DNA of 64,000 nt from an uncultured Armatimonadia bacterium (GCA_963749155.1 CAVVLO010000005.1:480001-544000); one strand, 5' to 3'. Numbered from the stretch's first letter, positions 10,741 to 21,823 are shown. Notes: generated by a model from the sequence alone, not told the origin. Translations and numbers: made by a program.

Positions 10741-12318
10741 ATGAAAGTCTCCTGGTGGTTGTTCGCGTGTCTGCTTGTAGTCCTGGCAACGCGCCTGCCT
10801 TACTTTGGAGAGCGCCTATATAATGTAGACACAGCTGCCCGTGCGGTACAAGCCTGGGCCTGGACCCAGGGGATGGTTCCAGAGCATGACACGGTTGTCA
10901 GCAGCAAAACTCCAGGCCTTGCCTGGCTTTTTCTGCAGTGTTTCAGGCTGTTTGGCCTGAAGCTTGTGCCCTTGCAGCTACTGGCCTTGCTGCTCGTGCT
11001 GATTACAGCGGGGCTGGTTTTTATGATTGGCCGCCTCCTCGACAGTCCTCGGGCAGGGGCCCTGGCCGCAGCCCTGTACGCAGGCATCGTAGTCTTTGGC
11101 TATACCCCAGCCCAATGGCTCGAGCCTCATACTGAATATCCTGAAATGGTCTGCCTGACTGCGGCAGTGCTGATGGCCGGGCTGTTTGTGATCAGGCGCC
11201 AGTCAGCCTGGGCCTTTCTCTGCGGCTTCCTCCTGGCTTGCGCGGTGATGATGCGCCAGAACGCTCTGGTGCTGGGCTTTTTCCTCTTTATTGCCCTTGG
11301 GCTGGGGCTTTGGAAAGACCAGCGTCAGCGATTGCCCCTGGCTTTTGCGCTTGGTCTGGCCGGTATGGTCTTTGGCTTTGCGCCCTGGCTCGTGTATTAC
11401 TGGAGAGAAGACGCTCTGGGCGGTCTGTGGCTGCAGAGTTTCGTACTTACTCAGCACTACAGCGCTGGTTTGTCCGCCAAAGCGATGCTGTTGAATCTTC
11501 CCCTTCATCTGGGCAAATACCTTCGTCGCCAGCTTGTGCCGGCTGTATTCGCCCTCTGGTTTTTGTTTAGCAAAAAAAACCGAAAGGCCGATTTTTCATA
11601 TCAGCTTGTCGCCACAATGTTTCTGGGGGCAGTTACCGCTGCCTCCATGGGCGGCAGATACTCGCCTCACTATTACCTGCAGCTTGCGCCCTTCCTTGCG
11701 CTGGCTGCGGGTATGGGCGCCTCCAGGTGGTATTCTGTACTAGCGGAAAGCCAGCCGAAAAAGAGCCGCTTGGTACCACTGGCGTGCGCGCTCTACCTTA
11801 TGGTCGGCGTAGTGCTGATAAGCCGGCCTGCGCTGCGCAGTTATTTCTACACCGGATCCACAACGGCTCGGTTGAACGCTCCTGGTGAGCCTACAAATGC
11901 GCGCGAAGTTGGGGTATACCTCCAAAGCCACATCCGGCCTGGAGAACGAATTGCTGTTATTGGACGGGGCGTTGCAATTTACTGGTTTGCAGAACGTCTG
12001 CCGGCACTTACAGATATCTGGGGCACCCGAGTGAGTGGCTATTTTGGCTGGAATGATGCCCCTGAGGTATTTCAGGCTTATGAACCTGGCTTTGTAGCCG
12101 AATTATTGGAACGCAAGCCGCCTGTGCTGGTAGAATTTTGCCAGAACGGATTATTCTCTCGGCGCTACAGCGGGTCGCCTGGAAAACTGACTCTGGAGGA
12201 GCTACCCTTGCTCTTTGATGCGCTCAAGAAACATTATGTCGAAACGCCCTTTGGGGGCAGCGATACTGTCCTCTGGTGGCGTAAAGACCTGCGCAGTGGA
12301 GATGACCTGAAGCGATGA
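10741..12318 (+). CDS. GT-C fold glycosyltransferase (ArnT/PMT, GT39/GT83-like)
   Basis: Polytopic membrane protein; NVD...KTPG loop after TM1; EPHTEY; RQN; YSPHYYLQLAP. Confidence 0.7.
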   Translation: MKVSWWLFACLLVVLATRLPYFGERLYNVDTAARAVQAWAWTQGMVPEHDTVVSSKTPGLAWLFLQCFRLFGLKLVPLQLLALLLVLITAGLVFMIGRLLDSPRAGALAAALYAGIVVFGYTPAQWLEPHTEYPEMVCLTAAVLMAGLFVIRRQSAWAFLCGFLLACAVMMRQNALVLGFFLFIALGLGLWKDQRQRLPLAFALGLAGMVFGFAPWLVYYWREDALGGLWLQSFVLTQHYSAGLSAKAMLLNLPLHLGKYLRRQLVPAVFALWFLFSKKNRKADFSYQLVATMFLGAVTAASMGGRYSPHYYLQLAPFLALAAGMGASRWYSVLAESQPKKSRLVPLACALYLMVGVVLISRPALRSYFYTGSTTARLNAPGEPTNAREVGVYLQSHIRPGERIAVIGRGVAIYWFAERLPALTDIWGTRVSGYFGWNDAPEVFQAYEPGFVAELLERKPPVLVEFCQNGLFSRRYSGSPGKLTLEELPLLFDALKKHYVETPFGGSDTVLWWRKDLRSGDDLKR

Positions 12319-13885
12319 AAGCTTTCCTCGCTGGGCTTGCTTGTGTAGGTCTGGTGGTGGCTACCAGGCTGCCCTGGTTCGGCGACCATATATTACAACA
12401 TCGACACCGCAGTTCGAGGGACACTCTGGTTGGGGCTGGTCAGAGGGCCTTGTGCCTCTGCGCGATCTTTATGGAAGCACCAAGCCGCCAGGCCTGGATC
12501 TCCTGTATATGGGGCTGTTCAAGGTTTTCGGAGTCAGCCTGGTCAGCCTTCAGTGGCTGGCCCTGGGCTTGACGCTCGCTACTGCGCTGGTTGTCGGACT
12601 GCTAGCCAAGGCCCTGTTCGATGGCCGGGCAGGTTTCTATGCCGCTTTTGCTTATGCGGGCGCCTCTTGCTTCGTTTATGGGCCGATGGACTGGCTGGAG
12701 CCACATACCGAATATCTCGCCACCTTGCTGGTGCTGCTTGCGGCGCTCTGCCTGGTGCCACTTGCTCGCGGGGGGAGCAGCCTGTGGGCTTTCCCCTCTG
12801 GCCTGCTGCTTGCCGAGGCCGCTTTCACAAGGCAAAACGTCTTGCTTTTCGCTTTCCCTCTGGCGCTGGGCTTCGGCCTTATGGCCTGGCGCCAAAGACC
12901 CAGAGCTGTGCCCTTTGCGCTGTTCTGGGGCCTCGCTGGGCTGGCAGGGGGCATCGCTCCCTGGGCCTTGTATTACCGGCAACTGGGCGCTCTTGATAAC
13001 TTGCTGCTGTTCAGTTGGACACTGCCAGGTACCTATGCGACAGGTCACTCTCCTGTAGATGCGCTTCTTGGTATGCCCTTTGCGCTGGGCAACTGGGCCA
13101 CAACCTGCGCGCCGGTGGCCGGGCTTGGACTAGGGTATCTCTTCCAGAAAGAAGAAGGCAGTCGGCTTAAAGGCGCCAAACTGCTGGTCTTGCTTATGCT
13201 GCTGGGAGGGATTGCCGCAGCTTCTCTTGGGGGACGCTTCTTCGGGCACTATCTGCTGATGATGGCCCCCTTTGCCGCGCTAGCTGCCGCGGGCGCTATC
13301 GCCGTGCTGGCGCCAGTGGTTTACTCCAGCAAAGTGAAATCAACGCCTGGCTCACCGGTGGCTGGCGCCCTGGCTTTGTTGTTCTTCGTATGGCTGTTTG
13401 CGGGCACCCTGGGCACCGCCCAACCGCCTTTGCGGGCGATTGCACGAAACGATCCTGGCAGTCTCACAGGTTATTACAACGGGGAGAAAGACTGGTTGCC
13501 TGCTGTGAAGACGCTAGTCCAGAAGAATACTCCTCCTGGCTCTCGAATCGCCGTTTTTGGTCATCCTTCTGTCTATATCACCTCGGACAGACTGCCTGCC
13601 GTGCGCGACTTCTGGGGCAATTTTGTGACTGCTTATCGCAGCCATAGTTCAAAGCCCGAGGCTTTCAAGTTTGTAGAGCGTCATTGGGCGGAGGATCTGG
13701 CGAAAGGTCAGGCGGCCCTGGTGTTGGATGTCGGTATAGAAAGCGAGGGTAATCCCAGATTGAAAGATTATCCCCAGGTAGCCAAAGTGCTCGCGCAGCA
13801 CTATCGATTTTCACCAGAGCTTTCGGCGAAAGTGCCCAAATTGCTGGTCTGGGTGCCGAAGAAGCCCCTAAAGCCCGTCAAATGA
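12315..13885 (+). CDS. GT-C glycosyltransferase paralogue 2, two 1-nt insertions near 12393 and 12427
   Basis: The N-terminus in the 12315 ORF (TRLPWFGDHI) and the body in the 12341 ORF (WGWSEGLVPLRDLYGSTKPPG) match the intact 13882 paralogue. ATGA overlap with the upstream gene. Confidence 0.7.
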
Positions 13886-15441
13886 AGAGCCTCTTGCTTT
13901 CACTGGCTTGCGCTGGCCTGGTCGTTTTCACGCGGCTGCCCTGGTTTGGCGACCATATCTTCAACATCGACTTGGCGGTGAGAGGCACGCTTGCCTGGGG
14001 CTGGTCCGAGGGCCTGGTACCTCTGCGCGACCTGTACGGCAGCACAAAGCCGCCAGGCCTGGATTTACTTTTCCTGGGACTCTTCAAAGTTTTCGGAGTC
14101 AATCTGGTCGCTCTGCAGTGGCTAGGACTTGCTTTGACCTTGGCGACGAGTCTGGTAGTCGGCCTGCTGGCGAAGGCGCTCTTCGATACCAGGGCTGCTT
14201 TCTACGCCGCCTTTGGTTATGTTGGAGCGACCTGTTTTGCGTTCAGGCCTATAGACTGGCTTGAGCCCAGCACCGAATATGTCTCAATCCTGCTCGTGCT
14301 GCTTGCCGCCCTTTGTCTCATACCTTTGGGGCGCGGTGGGAGCAGCCTTTGGGGCTTCCCGGCGGGGCTGCTGCTGGTCGAGGCCGCCTTTGTGCGCCAA
14401 AACTCGCTTCTCTTTGCCTTCCCACTGGCGCTGGGTTTCGGTCTTATGGCGTGGCAGAAGCGTCCGAAAGCCGTGCCTGGCGCTTTGCTGGCGGGAATCA
14501 CGGGCTTCCTGGCGGGCGCAGCGCCCTGGGTCTGGTATTACCACAGCCTCGGCGAGCTTGACGCCCTGGTGCTGTTCGGTTGGACCTTGCCAGGCCTCTA
14601 TGCGATGGGAGCCTCGCCCCTCGCCTGGCTGGCTGACGTACCGCTGAAGCTGGGGGGAAGAGCCCTCGTTTATGCTCCGGTAGCCTGGCCAGGGCTTTGG
14701 TATGTCCTCCAGAAAGAAGAAGGGTCCGAGCATAAAGGCGCCAGGCTGCTTGTGTTGCTTCTGCTGCTGGGGGGGCTGGCCTCCGTATCGCTGGGAGGGC
14801 GCTTCCAAGGTCATTATTTTTTGATGCTGGCGCCCTTTAGCGCCCTGGCGGCAGCTGGTGCGATTGCGGTGATGGGCTCATCCGGCAAGCCTCGCGAGAC
14901 CGGCCCCTCGTCCAGAGAGCGATGGCTTCGCACTTTGCTTGTCTGCTTTGTCATATGGCTGGTCCTGGGCGCCCTGAGAACCTCGATGCCCCCTCTGAAG
15001 GCTTATGCTGCCTCGGATGCGAAAAGTCTTGAAAGGTATTACAAAGGCCAGAGAGTCTCCACCCCTGCCGTTGTTGAGCTGGTGCAGCAAGCGACGCTGC
15101 CCGGCTCGCGGATAGCGGTCTTTGGGGGCCCTTCAGTCTATCTCAAATCAAACCGACTGCCCGCTGTACGCGACTTTTTCGGTAATCTCCTGACCGGTTA
15201 CAAAGGCCATAATTCGGATCCCGAAGCTTTCAAGTTCGCAGAGCGTGACTGGGCTGATGATTTGGCCAAAAGGCAGGTGGCGCTGGTCGTGGATGTCGGG
15301 CAGATGGGGGAGAGCAATCCCCGGCTTACGGATTATCCCCTGATTGCGCGGGCACTTGAGCAGCACTATCGGTTTTCGCCTGAACTGTCATCGAAGGCGC
15401 CAGGGGTGAAGGTCTGGGTTCCGAAATCCAGGCGACTCTAA
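13882..15441 (+). CDS. GT-C glycosyltransferase paralogue 3
   Basis: Intact 519-aa polytopic ORF with D...KPPG, RQN and GHYFLMLAPF; highly similar to paralogue 2. Confidence 0.72.
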   Translation: MKSLLLSLACAGLVVFTRLPWFGDHIFNIDLAVRGTLAWGWSEGLVPLRDLYGSTKPPGLDLLFLGLFKVFGVNLVALQWLGLALTLATSLVVGLLAKALFDTRAAFYAAFGYVGATCFAFRPIDWLEPSTEYVSILLVLLAALCLIPLGRGGSSLWGFPAGLLLVEAAFVRQNSLLFAFPLALGFGLMAWQKRPKAVPGALLAGITGFLAGAAPWVWYYHSLGELDALVLFGWTLPGLYAMGASPLAWLADVPLKLGGRALVYAPVAWPGLWYVLQKEEGSEHKGARLLVLLLLLGGLASVSLGGRFQGHYFLMLAPFSALAAAGAIAVMGSSGKPRETGPSSRERWLRTLLVCFVIWLVLGALRTSMPPLKAYAASDAKSLERYYKGQRVSTPAVVELVQQATLPGSRIAVFGGPSVYLKSNRLPAVRDFFGNLLTGYKGHNSDPEAFKFAERDWADDLAKRQVALVVDVGQMGESNPRLTDYPLIARALEQHYRFSPELSSKAPGVKVWVPKSRRL

Positions 15442-16784
15442 CCGGGAGCTGTCTCAGCGGCGGCTTCGGCTGAGAGTTCTCCTCTTGCGACACCTGCCGA
15501 AGCCAGCAGGATGAGCAAGGGATCGACTATCAACATCAGGCGCCCCATCACGTCAGGCCCGAGCATCAGGCAATGCGCCCCTATTACCAGGCCAAACAGC
15601 CAGGCGAGCCTGCGAGTTCGCTGAAGCCTTATCAATACCAGAAAGCCTGGCACCGCGAACCAGAGCACCAGGAGCTTCTGTGCAGTCTGAAGCGTGGTCA
15701 CCCAACCCAGAGGGTCGTCGTACAAGGTCGAAAGCGCCTTCAACGGCCCCCCCTCATAGAAAGCCTCGCGCACGCTGTCGACTGTGATATGACCGCGCAG
15801 CAACTGGAACCATAAAATGCGGTCAGGTACCAGAGGCGCGGTTATCGAGGTGGCCAGCCAGATGCCAATATAGGTATAAGGCTGGGCTTTGAGCTGGTCC
15901 AGGAATACTTCCTTTGACGCTTTGGCAACTTCAAACTGGGCTTTCGGATTGGAAACCGGCTTGCCCATAAGTTTCTCGACTTTTTTCCATAACTGGGCGC
16001 GTGTCTCGTCGAGGGATTTCCTGTGCAGATACGCTTCAATAAGAGCCGCATCCCATTCAAGCAAAGTGGTATCGGCCTTGGTCGAGAAAGCCAAAGCACC
16101 GAACACCTGCTTGTTGCGCACCAACCAGGGAGTGACAATCAGCCCGAAAATAAGCAAGGCAAGCAGGAAATAACCGACTTTCTTTTTTACAGAGCCAAAG
16201 GCAGTGACCAGTCCGACAGCGCCATATAACGGGAACACTTGCCCCTGCGGCTTGAACCAGGTTGCCAGTCCCCAAAGCGCGAAAGCGCCCAGCGTCGGTT
16301 TCAATACCGCATCAGGAGTCCTGACGAGGAGCCATAATCCTAGAAGCAGCAACAACCCGAAAACGGGATCGGGATGCAGAGTGTTTGAGACAAGCAGCCC
16401 GGTCAGCCAGCAGGCGCTGACCAGACCAGCGAACAGGGCCGCGCGGTCGCCAAACAGGCGCCAGGCGATTCGGCACAGGACTGCGACCAGGATGCCCCAC
16501 AGAAATACCTGCAGGAAGGTTGCGGCGCGCGGATGAACGCCAACTACAGCATAGATGAGCGCAAGCCAGGTAGGATAACCGGCGGGTCTGGCCGAGGACG
16601 CCTCCCAGGGAGAGCGTTCCATAGGGGTGAAGTAATGCCCGTTCTTTACCAGATTATCGGCGATGAGGTGGTATTCCTCGCCATCGCCTACCAGTAAATC
16701 CGACCCCATAACATAAACCCCCGCCCATAGGGCGAGGCCAAATAATATCGCCAGTAGCAGGCAATTGCGCTCCAGAGGTCGCAT
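15438..16784 (-). CDS. GT-C (GT39-like) glycosyltransferase
   Basis: GDGEEY...A.NL and RPAGYPTWLA motifs; PWLVRN; many TM helices. Start taken at MRPLERN. Confidence 0.7.
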   Translation of the reverse strand: MRPLERNCLLLAILFGLALWAGVYVMGSDLLVGDGEEYHLIADNLVKNGHYFTPMERSPWEASSARPAGYPTWLALIYAVVGVHPRAATFLQVFLWGILVAVLCRIAWRLFGDRAALFAGLVSACWLTGLLVSNTLHPDPVFGLLLLLGLWLLVRTPDAVLKPTLGAFALWGLATWFKPQGQVFPLYGAVGLVTAFGSVKKKVGYFLLALLIFGLIVTPWLVRNKQVFGALAFSTKADTTLLEWDAALIEAYLHRKSLDETRAQLWKKVEKLMGKPVSNPKAQFEVAKASKEVFLDQLKAQPYTYIGIWLATSITAPLVPDRILWFQLLRGHITVDSVREAFYEGGPLKALSTLYDDPLGWVTTLQTAQKLLVLWFAVPGFLVLIRLQRTRRLAWLFGLVIGAHCLMLGPDVMGRLMLIVDPLLILLASAGVARGELSAEAAAETAPG

Positions 16785-16921
16785 AAGCAGACCTTTATTA
16801 TACCTGCAGAGCGCAGGGTTTTTCCAGTAGATGTCGTAGAGAATCATCAGGAAGGTTCACAGAAGGCTTCCTCTGGCGTAAACTGGATGAAGACCGAGCT
16901 GCAGAAAAAGGGGGAACCAGC

Positions 16922-17572
16922 TTGGAGCCAAACGAGCCTGTTTATACTGCTGCCGAGGATCCGCGACTCAAGCGCGAAGCGGACCTGCTTGCCGCGGAAA
17001 TGCTGCAAAACTTGCTTGTGCCCGATGCCGAGTTGAAAGAGCTGCGCGCGCAGCTTGCCTACAGACTCGAGCATGCCTGGGCCCGTCATATGGACTCTCG
17101 CACAAGCGATGATGAAGCTTTGCGCCTGGCAGTAGCCTTTTTGCGCGATGATCTTTCTCTTCAGGAAAGCGTACAGAGCTTGCGCCGCACAGCTTTTCTT
17201 CGTCATGTCGGTATCGCTTTGTTCGGAGCCCTGATGTGGTTCCTGGGTATGCTTGCCTGGCTGCATTTTCTCGATCCAACGGAAATGGCCCGGCCCTTCA
17301 GTGTGGTGACCATTCCACTCGAGCCTGTGGTTGCTGCGATGCTCATAGGCTTTATAGTGGGTGTGCTCTCGTGTTCGCGTGGCTGGTTTTTCGCCGCCTG
17401 CTCGCAGCTACTTGGGCTTTCGCTATTACTGTTGTTCCGGTACCAACCCTTTTATGCTTCACTCGGCTTTTTGCTGTTGTTCGTGCCTTTGATAGTCGTG
17501 GTGGCAGGGATGTCTGGTTACCTTGCCGATCTGATGAAAGGCGAAGTGTCTTCGGCTGCCAGCCAGGCTTGA
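16922..17572 (+). CDS. Hypothetical membrane protein (soluble N-terminus, about 4 TM)
   Basis: 216-aa ORF with a hydrophobic C-terminal half; fills the gap between neighbours. Confidence 0.5.
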   Translation: MEPNEPVYTAAEDPRLKREADLLAAEMLQNLLVPDAELKELRAQLAYRLEHAWARHMDSRTSDDEALRLAVAFLRDDLSLQESVQSLRRTAFLRHVGIALFGALMWFLGMLAWLHFLDPTEMARPFSVVTIPLEPVVAAMLIGFIVGVLSCSRGWFFAACSQLLGLSLLLLFRYQPFYASLGFLLLFVPLIVVVAGMSGYLADLMKGEVSSAASQA

Positions 17573-17657
17573 AGGCCAGGGCTTGCCTTGTGGGCAAGGA
17601 CTGCGTTAGAAATCGGCTGGAGCCCTGAAAGGCCGGTCTTCCCAGGGGGAGCCCTGT

Positions 17658-18873
17658 TTGGTTGTAATTGCGATTTGCCTGACCTTGGTTTTACTACTGG
17701 CCGAGGCGCGCCTTGAGTTGCGCGCCGGGGCTGCTTCGCGTCCAATCACGCCTCCCATCGGCACTCCTCTTGGGGGATACGCAGCCAGGCAAGGGCGGCC
17801 TTCTACCGAAGTCCACGATGAGCTTTATGCCCGGGCAGTTGTGCTGGAACAGGCCAGCCGACGATTTGCCCTGGTCTCCTGCGACCTGGTGGGTATCACT
17901 CGGGATGTCAGGGCGCGCGTAGCCGACTTGCTTGCTCCCCTAGGGATTGGCCCATCTGACTTGCTGCTGGCCGCAACGCACACTCACTCAGGCTCGGGCG
18001 CTTTGGCGCGCGACCGCCTGGCCGAAGTCGTAATGGGAAAGTTCGATCCGAACTTGCTGGACTATACTCTGGACGCGGTCGCCGAAGCGGTGGCCGAGGC
18101 TGTCACTCGGCTCGAGCCTGTCACTCTGAAGACTGCCTCTGGCGTGGCGCCTGGCTTCGCGTGCAATCGTCGCCGGCCTGGAGGGCCTCATGACCCGACG
18201 ATTGGACTCCTTTCGCTGGAGCGCTTCCAGGGCGCGCCGGTCGCCTGGCTGACGAGTTTCGGAGCGCATCCAACCCTGCTTGGCCCTGACAACCTGGCTA
18301 TCTCACGAGACTGGCCGGGCCCTTTGGTGGACTGTTTGAAGCACTTTTCCGGAGCTGATGAGGTACTTTTCCTGAACGCCGCAGCCGGAGATCAGCGTCC
18401 CTGCGCTCGGGAGGAGACTGGAGCTTTCGCCGGAGTCGAAGCCTTTGGGAGCGCGCTCTGCGAGCAGTTCGCCGAGGTGGCGAAGGGCTTGTATGAGCTA
18501 CCCACAAGCCTCTTTGGCACTCGCTTTACCGAGCTACCTGTCACCGCGCCTGGGGCGGCCTTGTTCGAGCGCACTACAGCTCTTGTGCAAACGGTTGGGC
18601 TCGGTTCGGTTGTCTTCCTTGCCCTGCCCGGCGAGGTTTCATGCGAGCTGGGTCTGGCTTTCAGGCAGGGGGCTGAAGCACTTGGCTTCACGAACGCTTA
18701 TCTAGTCAGTCTGGCCAATGACCATTTAGGTTATCTGCTTTCCCCCGAGGACTATGCTCAGGGGGGCTATGAGGCTAAAATGGCCTTTTTCGGCCCAGAC
18801 ACGGGCAATCCAGACGATTGCAGTCGGCCTCGAGCAGGCCGCGATACTTGCCAGGGAGGCAGGACTTATATGA
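17658..18873 (+). CDS. Neutral/alkaline ceramidase-like amidohydrolase, 1-nt indel near 18805
   Basis: ITPP...LGGY, HDELYARA, ATHTHSG, AHPT, LPGE, GY...GGYE motifs. The alternative frame ends IQTIAVGLEQAAILAREAGLI-TGA, overlapping the PadR ATG. Confidence 0.7.
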
Positions 18874-19307
18874 GAGGCGGAGGAAGGGGCCCAGGCCCAG
18901 GTGGCCCTCACGGAAGAGGCGCTGGTAAAGGTGGATTCGGTCGCGCGGAGGGAGGAGCCGAACCTGTTGGCTGGCTGCCAGCTTCGCGCCTCGTGCTGCC
19001 ATCAGTACTACTTGTTATCGCCGAGAAAGGCGAAACTCACGGCTACGAACTCGCCAGTGAACTGGAAACGCTAAATCCCGAGGCTCGCATAGAGCCAGGC
19101 GCTGTGTATCGCGGTCTGAGACGTCTTGAAGAAGAGGCATACATTGTTTCTCGCTGGGACACCGAAGGCGGTGGCCCTGCCAGGCGACTCTACTCGCTTA
19201 CAGAAAAAGGGCAGAGTCTGCTTGCAAGCTACAATAAGGCTATCGAGCAACGTATAGTGATACTTCAGGGCTTGCTCAAGCGGCTGAAGAATCTCCCGCC
19301 CAGCTAG
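18870..19307 (+). CDS. PadR family transcriptional regulator
   Basis: HGYEL...GAVYRGLRRLEEE..I.SRW....GPARRLYSLTEKG; own ATG at 18870 with upstream GGAGG. Confidence 0.85.
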   Translation: MRGGGRGPGPGGPHGRGAGKGGFGRAEGGAEPVGWLPASRLVLPSVLLVIAEKGETHGYELASELETLNPEARIEPGAVYRGLRRLEEEAYIVSRWDTEGGGPARRLYSLTEKGQSLLASYNKAIEQRIVILQGLLKRLKNLPPS

Positions 19308-19332
19308 TCTGGCCTGGTTACCAACCTGGTTT

Positions 19333-19368
19333 GAAAAAGAAAGGACTCGGCCAAGGCCGAGTCCTTTC
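19333..19368 (-). terminator. Rho-independent terminator between convergent genes
   Basis: Perfect inverted repeat GAAAGGACTCGGCC-AA-GGCCGAGTCCTTTC followed by a T-run on the minus strand. Confidence 0.75.
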
Positions 19369-19391
19369 CAGCCCCTCTGGCTTTGCCTCGC

Positions 19392-21038
19392 TTACAAATC
19401 GAAAGAGTCCAGCACCTCGCCGAACTGGTTCTTTACCTTTACCGAGATGCGTTTGTGCTTCAAGGTCACCAGCACATAATGCTCTTCGGCGCTTGCCGCC
19501 CTGATGCTGCCGGCATAGGGTACGGTCAGGTCGGGCGGATACCAGGGCGCGCCCGCTCCGCCGGTTACGATCTGGGTCACCTGGTTTTTCCAAAGCGGAT
19601 TGATTGCCTTGTCCACGACCATCCGGGTGTAGTTATGCTCGTGACCGGCAAAGTAGGCCTTGACCTTGTGTTTGTCGAGGATAGCCCAGAACTTGTCCCT
19701 CTGCTCGGGATACTTGTCCATCGAGCTGCCTACATGGCCTCCGGTGCCCCAGGCTGGCTGGTGGGCAAAGACGAAGCAGAACTGCCCGCGCTTTGCAGCC
19801 TCAGCCAAATCCATATCAAGCCAGGCAAGCTGGTCATCGTCAATCTGCCCGGGAGCCCAGTCGAAATCGCTGCACACCGCTACGAAATGGCAGAAGCCAT
19901 AATCAAGGCTGAAGGTCGACTCCGAATAGTCTCTTGCAGGATCGGCGACCTGTGGACCGTTAAAGGGCAGCACCAGCCAGTCGCGCCAGTTGGCATCCCA
20001 GGTTTTGCCCTCTTCGCGAAGCCCGTGCTCGTGGTTGCCTGGTGAACTGTAGACGGGAAAACTGCTCCAGAAGGGCGCCATCGTCTTCAGGAAGGAGTCC
20101 ATCTGCAAAGCAGGCTTCTCGCCGCCGCTGACCAGGTCTCCGGTGAACAGGGCAAGCTCGGCGCCGTCGGCTTTGGCCATCCGGATAAGCTGCCCAAGCA
20201 CCGCGTAGTTGACCGAGTTGAGTTGATTGTCGAGACTCGGGTAAGCTGATTGCGCGCGGCTGTCGCCCATCACCACAAAGCTGAAGTCCGAACTCGGGTT
20301 GCGCTGCGTCCGGATGGGAGTCGACGGCAAGGTGAGCGTGTCTTCAAACCCTTCTGCCGTCAGCACCAGCTCATAGGTATAAGCCTTGTCTGGCAACAGC
20401 TTGTCCACCACGACTTCAAAACTGGTTGCCGGATCTGTCAGCACCTGCCGGCGGACTAATACTCCGTTCGTGTCCCGGACATTAATCATCGCCGTGGCAG
20501 GAAGGTTCAGTTGCCAGCAGAGAGTGACCGACTCGGAAGTGACCAGGTTGACCATTGGGCCGGCCACGGGCGCAAGGCCCAGCCGCTTTGCGCCAGCCTC
20601 ATCTGTTATCACCCGCAGAGTCGTGTCGTTGGAGCTGAACAGAGTACCACTTGTGGCTCCGACCGAGACCGCCCTGAAATGGATAACCAGCCCCAAGGGG
20701 ACGTTCGGCAGTTTTACAGAATGCTCGGTAACCGGCTCCGGTTCGGTAGCCGCAGCCTTCTGGCGGTAGTTGAGATAACTGGGCGCGGTCAGTCCGGTCG
20801 GGTCAAGCGGGGTGGCACTCACATAAGAGCCAATCGCGGCCTCATCGGTAGTCCAGGAGACCACCGGATTGCCCTCTTCATCCAGCGCCACAGTGGGGAA
20901 GAACCCATTTGCGGCGTTTGCCACCAGGCAGGCAGCCAAAATCAGAGCAATACCCAGCGCATACGCCAGGCCAAGCGACCTTGTGTGCTTCATCCAGCAG
21001 GCCTCCGAGTTCCTCAGAGTGGAGAAATCTCTTGCCAC
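19392..21038 (-). CDS. Secreted metallophosphoesterase (purple acid phosphatase-like) with FN3-like domains
   Basis: GDSR, GDLV, GNHE, HQP and GHEHNY motifs; signal peptide. Exact start uncertain. Confidence 0.85.
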   Translation of the reverse strand: MARDFSTLRNSEACWMKHTRSLGLAYALGIALILAACLVANAANGFFPTVALDEEGNPVVSWTTDEAAIGSYVSATPLDPTGLTAPSYLNYRQKAAATEPEPVTEHSVKLPNVPLGLVIHFRAVSVGATSGTLFSSNDTTLRVITDEAGAKRLGLAPVAGPMVNLVTSESVTLCWQLNLPATAMINVRDTNGVLVRRQVLTDPATSFEVVVDKLLPDKAYTYELVLTAEGFEDTLTLPSTPIRTQRNPSSDFSFVVMGDSRAQSAYPSLDNQLNSVNYAVLGQLIRMAKADGAELALFTGDLVSGGEKPALQMDSFLKTMAPFWSSFPVYSSPGNHEHGLREEGKTWDANWRDWLVLPFNGPQVADPARDYSESTFSLDYGFCHFVAVCSDFDWAPGQIDDDQLAWLDMDLAEAAKRGQFCFVFAHQPAWGTGGHVGSSMDKYPEQRDKFWAILDKHKVKAYFAGHEHNYTRMVVDKAINPLWKNQVTQIVTGGAGAPWYPPDLTVPYAGSIRAASAEEHYVLVTLKHKRISVKVKNQFGEVLDSFDL

Positions 21039-21054
21039 CTAATAAGATAGCAGT

Positions 21055-21089
21055 AATCCCGGATTGGGGAAACTCCCCAACCCGGGATT
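21055..21089. terminator. Stem-loop downstream of phoU (terminator or mRNA stabiliser)
   Basis: AATCCCGG(A)TTGGGGA-AAC-TCCCCAA(C)CCGGGATT inverted repeat. Confidence 0.55.
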
Positions 21090-21112
21090 TTAATTGTAGT
21101 TAGCCTGATGTT

Positions 21113-21823
21113 CTAGTCTTCGATGAAGTCCGGATGGGTCTGGGCATCTTCAGGAGCAGGCCTGCGGGTAAGCTGACGCAGCTTGCCTTCTCCTGCGTAA
21201 ATGACACGCTCGGCCACGTTGGTGATATGGTCGCCAATACGCTCGAAGTAGCGCGCAATCAGCACCAGCTCGAGACCGGTCTCGGTCAGTTCGGGACTGC
21301 GCTCCAGCGTGCTCATAAGCATACGCTTGCAGCGTTTGTACAGCCTGTCTATCTCTTTATCCATCACGCCTACGCGTTCGGCGCTCTCGATATCAAGCCC
21401 GCGGAAGGCTTCTATTGAGAGCTGCAGCATATTGAGGCAGATGGCCGGCATCTGGCGCAGGTCGGCCATTACCTCGGGGAAGGCTTCGGTCTCCAGCTTC
21501 CGGCTCGCTTTGGCCACATCTACACAATAATCGCCAACGCGTTCCAAATCTCCTGCGATGCGCAGCGCGCTCATAATCATCCGCAAATCACTGGCGGTGG
21601 GCTGCTGAGTGGCCAGCACGACGGCGCACTCGTGCTCGAGCTGCAACTCGAGTTCGTCCATCTGGTCTTCATAAGGCCCTATGATTTCGCGTACCAGCGA
21701 TTCTTGCGGGCTGGTCAAAGCTTCCATCGAGAGAGCGAGCATCTTCTCGCCTGTCAGCCCTGCGGCCAGCAGTTGCTCGTCAATGGTGCGAAGTGACTCT
21801 TCAAAGGTAAGCCGACGGGGCAT
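21113..21823 (-). CDS. phoU: Phosphate signalling/transport regulator PhoU
   Basis: QQPTASDLR...DLERVGDY and ERIGDHITNVAE repeats; RBS AGGAG before MPRRLTF. Confidence 0.95.
   Translation of the reverse strand: MPRRLTFEESLRTIDEQLLAAGLTGEKMLALSMEALTSPQESLVREIIGPYEDQMDELELQLEHECAVVLATQQPTASDLRMIMSALRIAGDLERVGDYCVDVAKASRKLETEAFPEVMADLRQMPAICLNMLQLSIEAFRGLDIESAERVGVMDKEIDRLYKRCKRMLMSTLERSPELTETGLELVLIARYFERIGDHITNVAERVIYAGEGKLRQLTRRPAPEDAQTHPDFIED

Noticed and set aside
17658..19307. Apparent ceramidase-PadR fusion (549 aa)
   Set aside because: A shifted frame from about 18805 gives a natural helical C-terminus ending in TGA that overlaps the PadR ATG (ATGA), and PadR has its own RBS. The fusion is most likely a 1-nt indel artefact.
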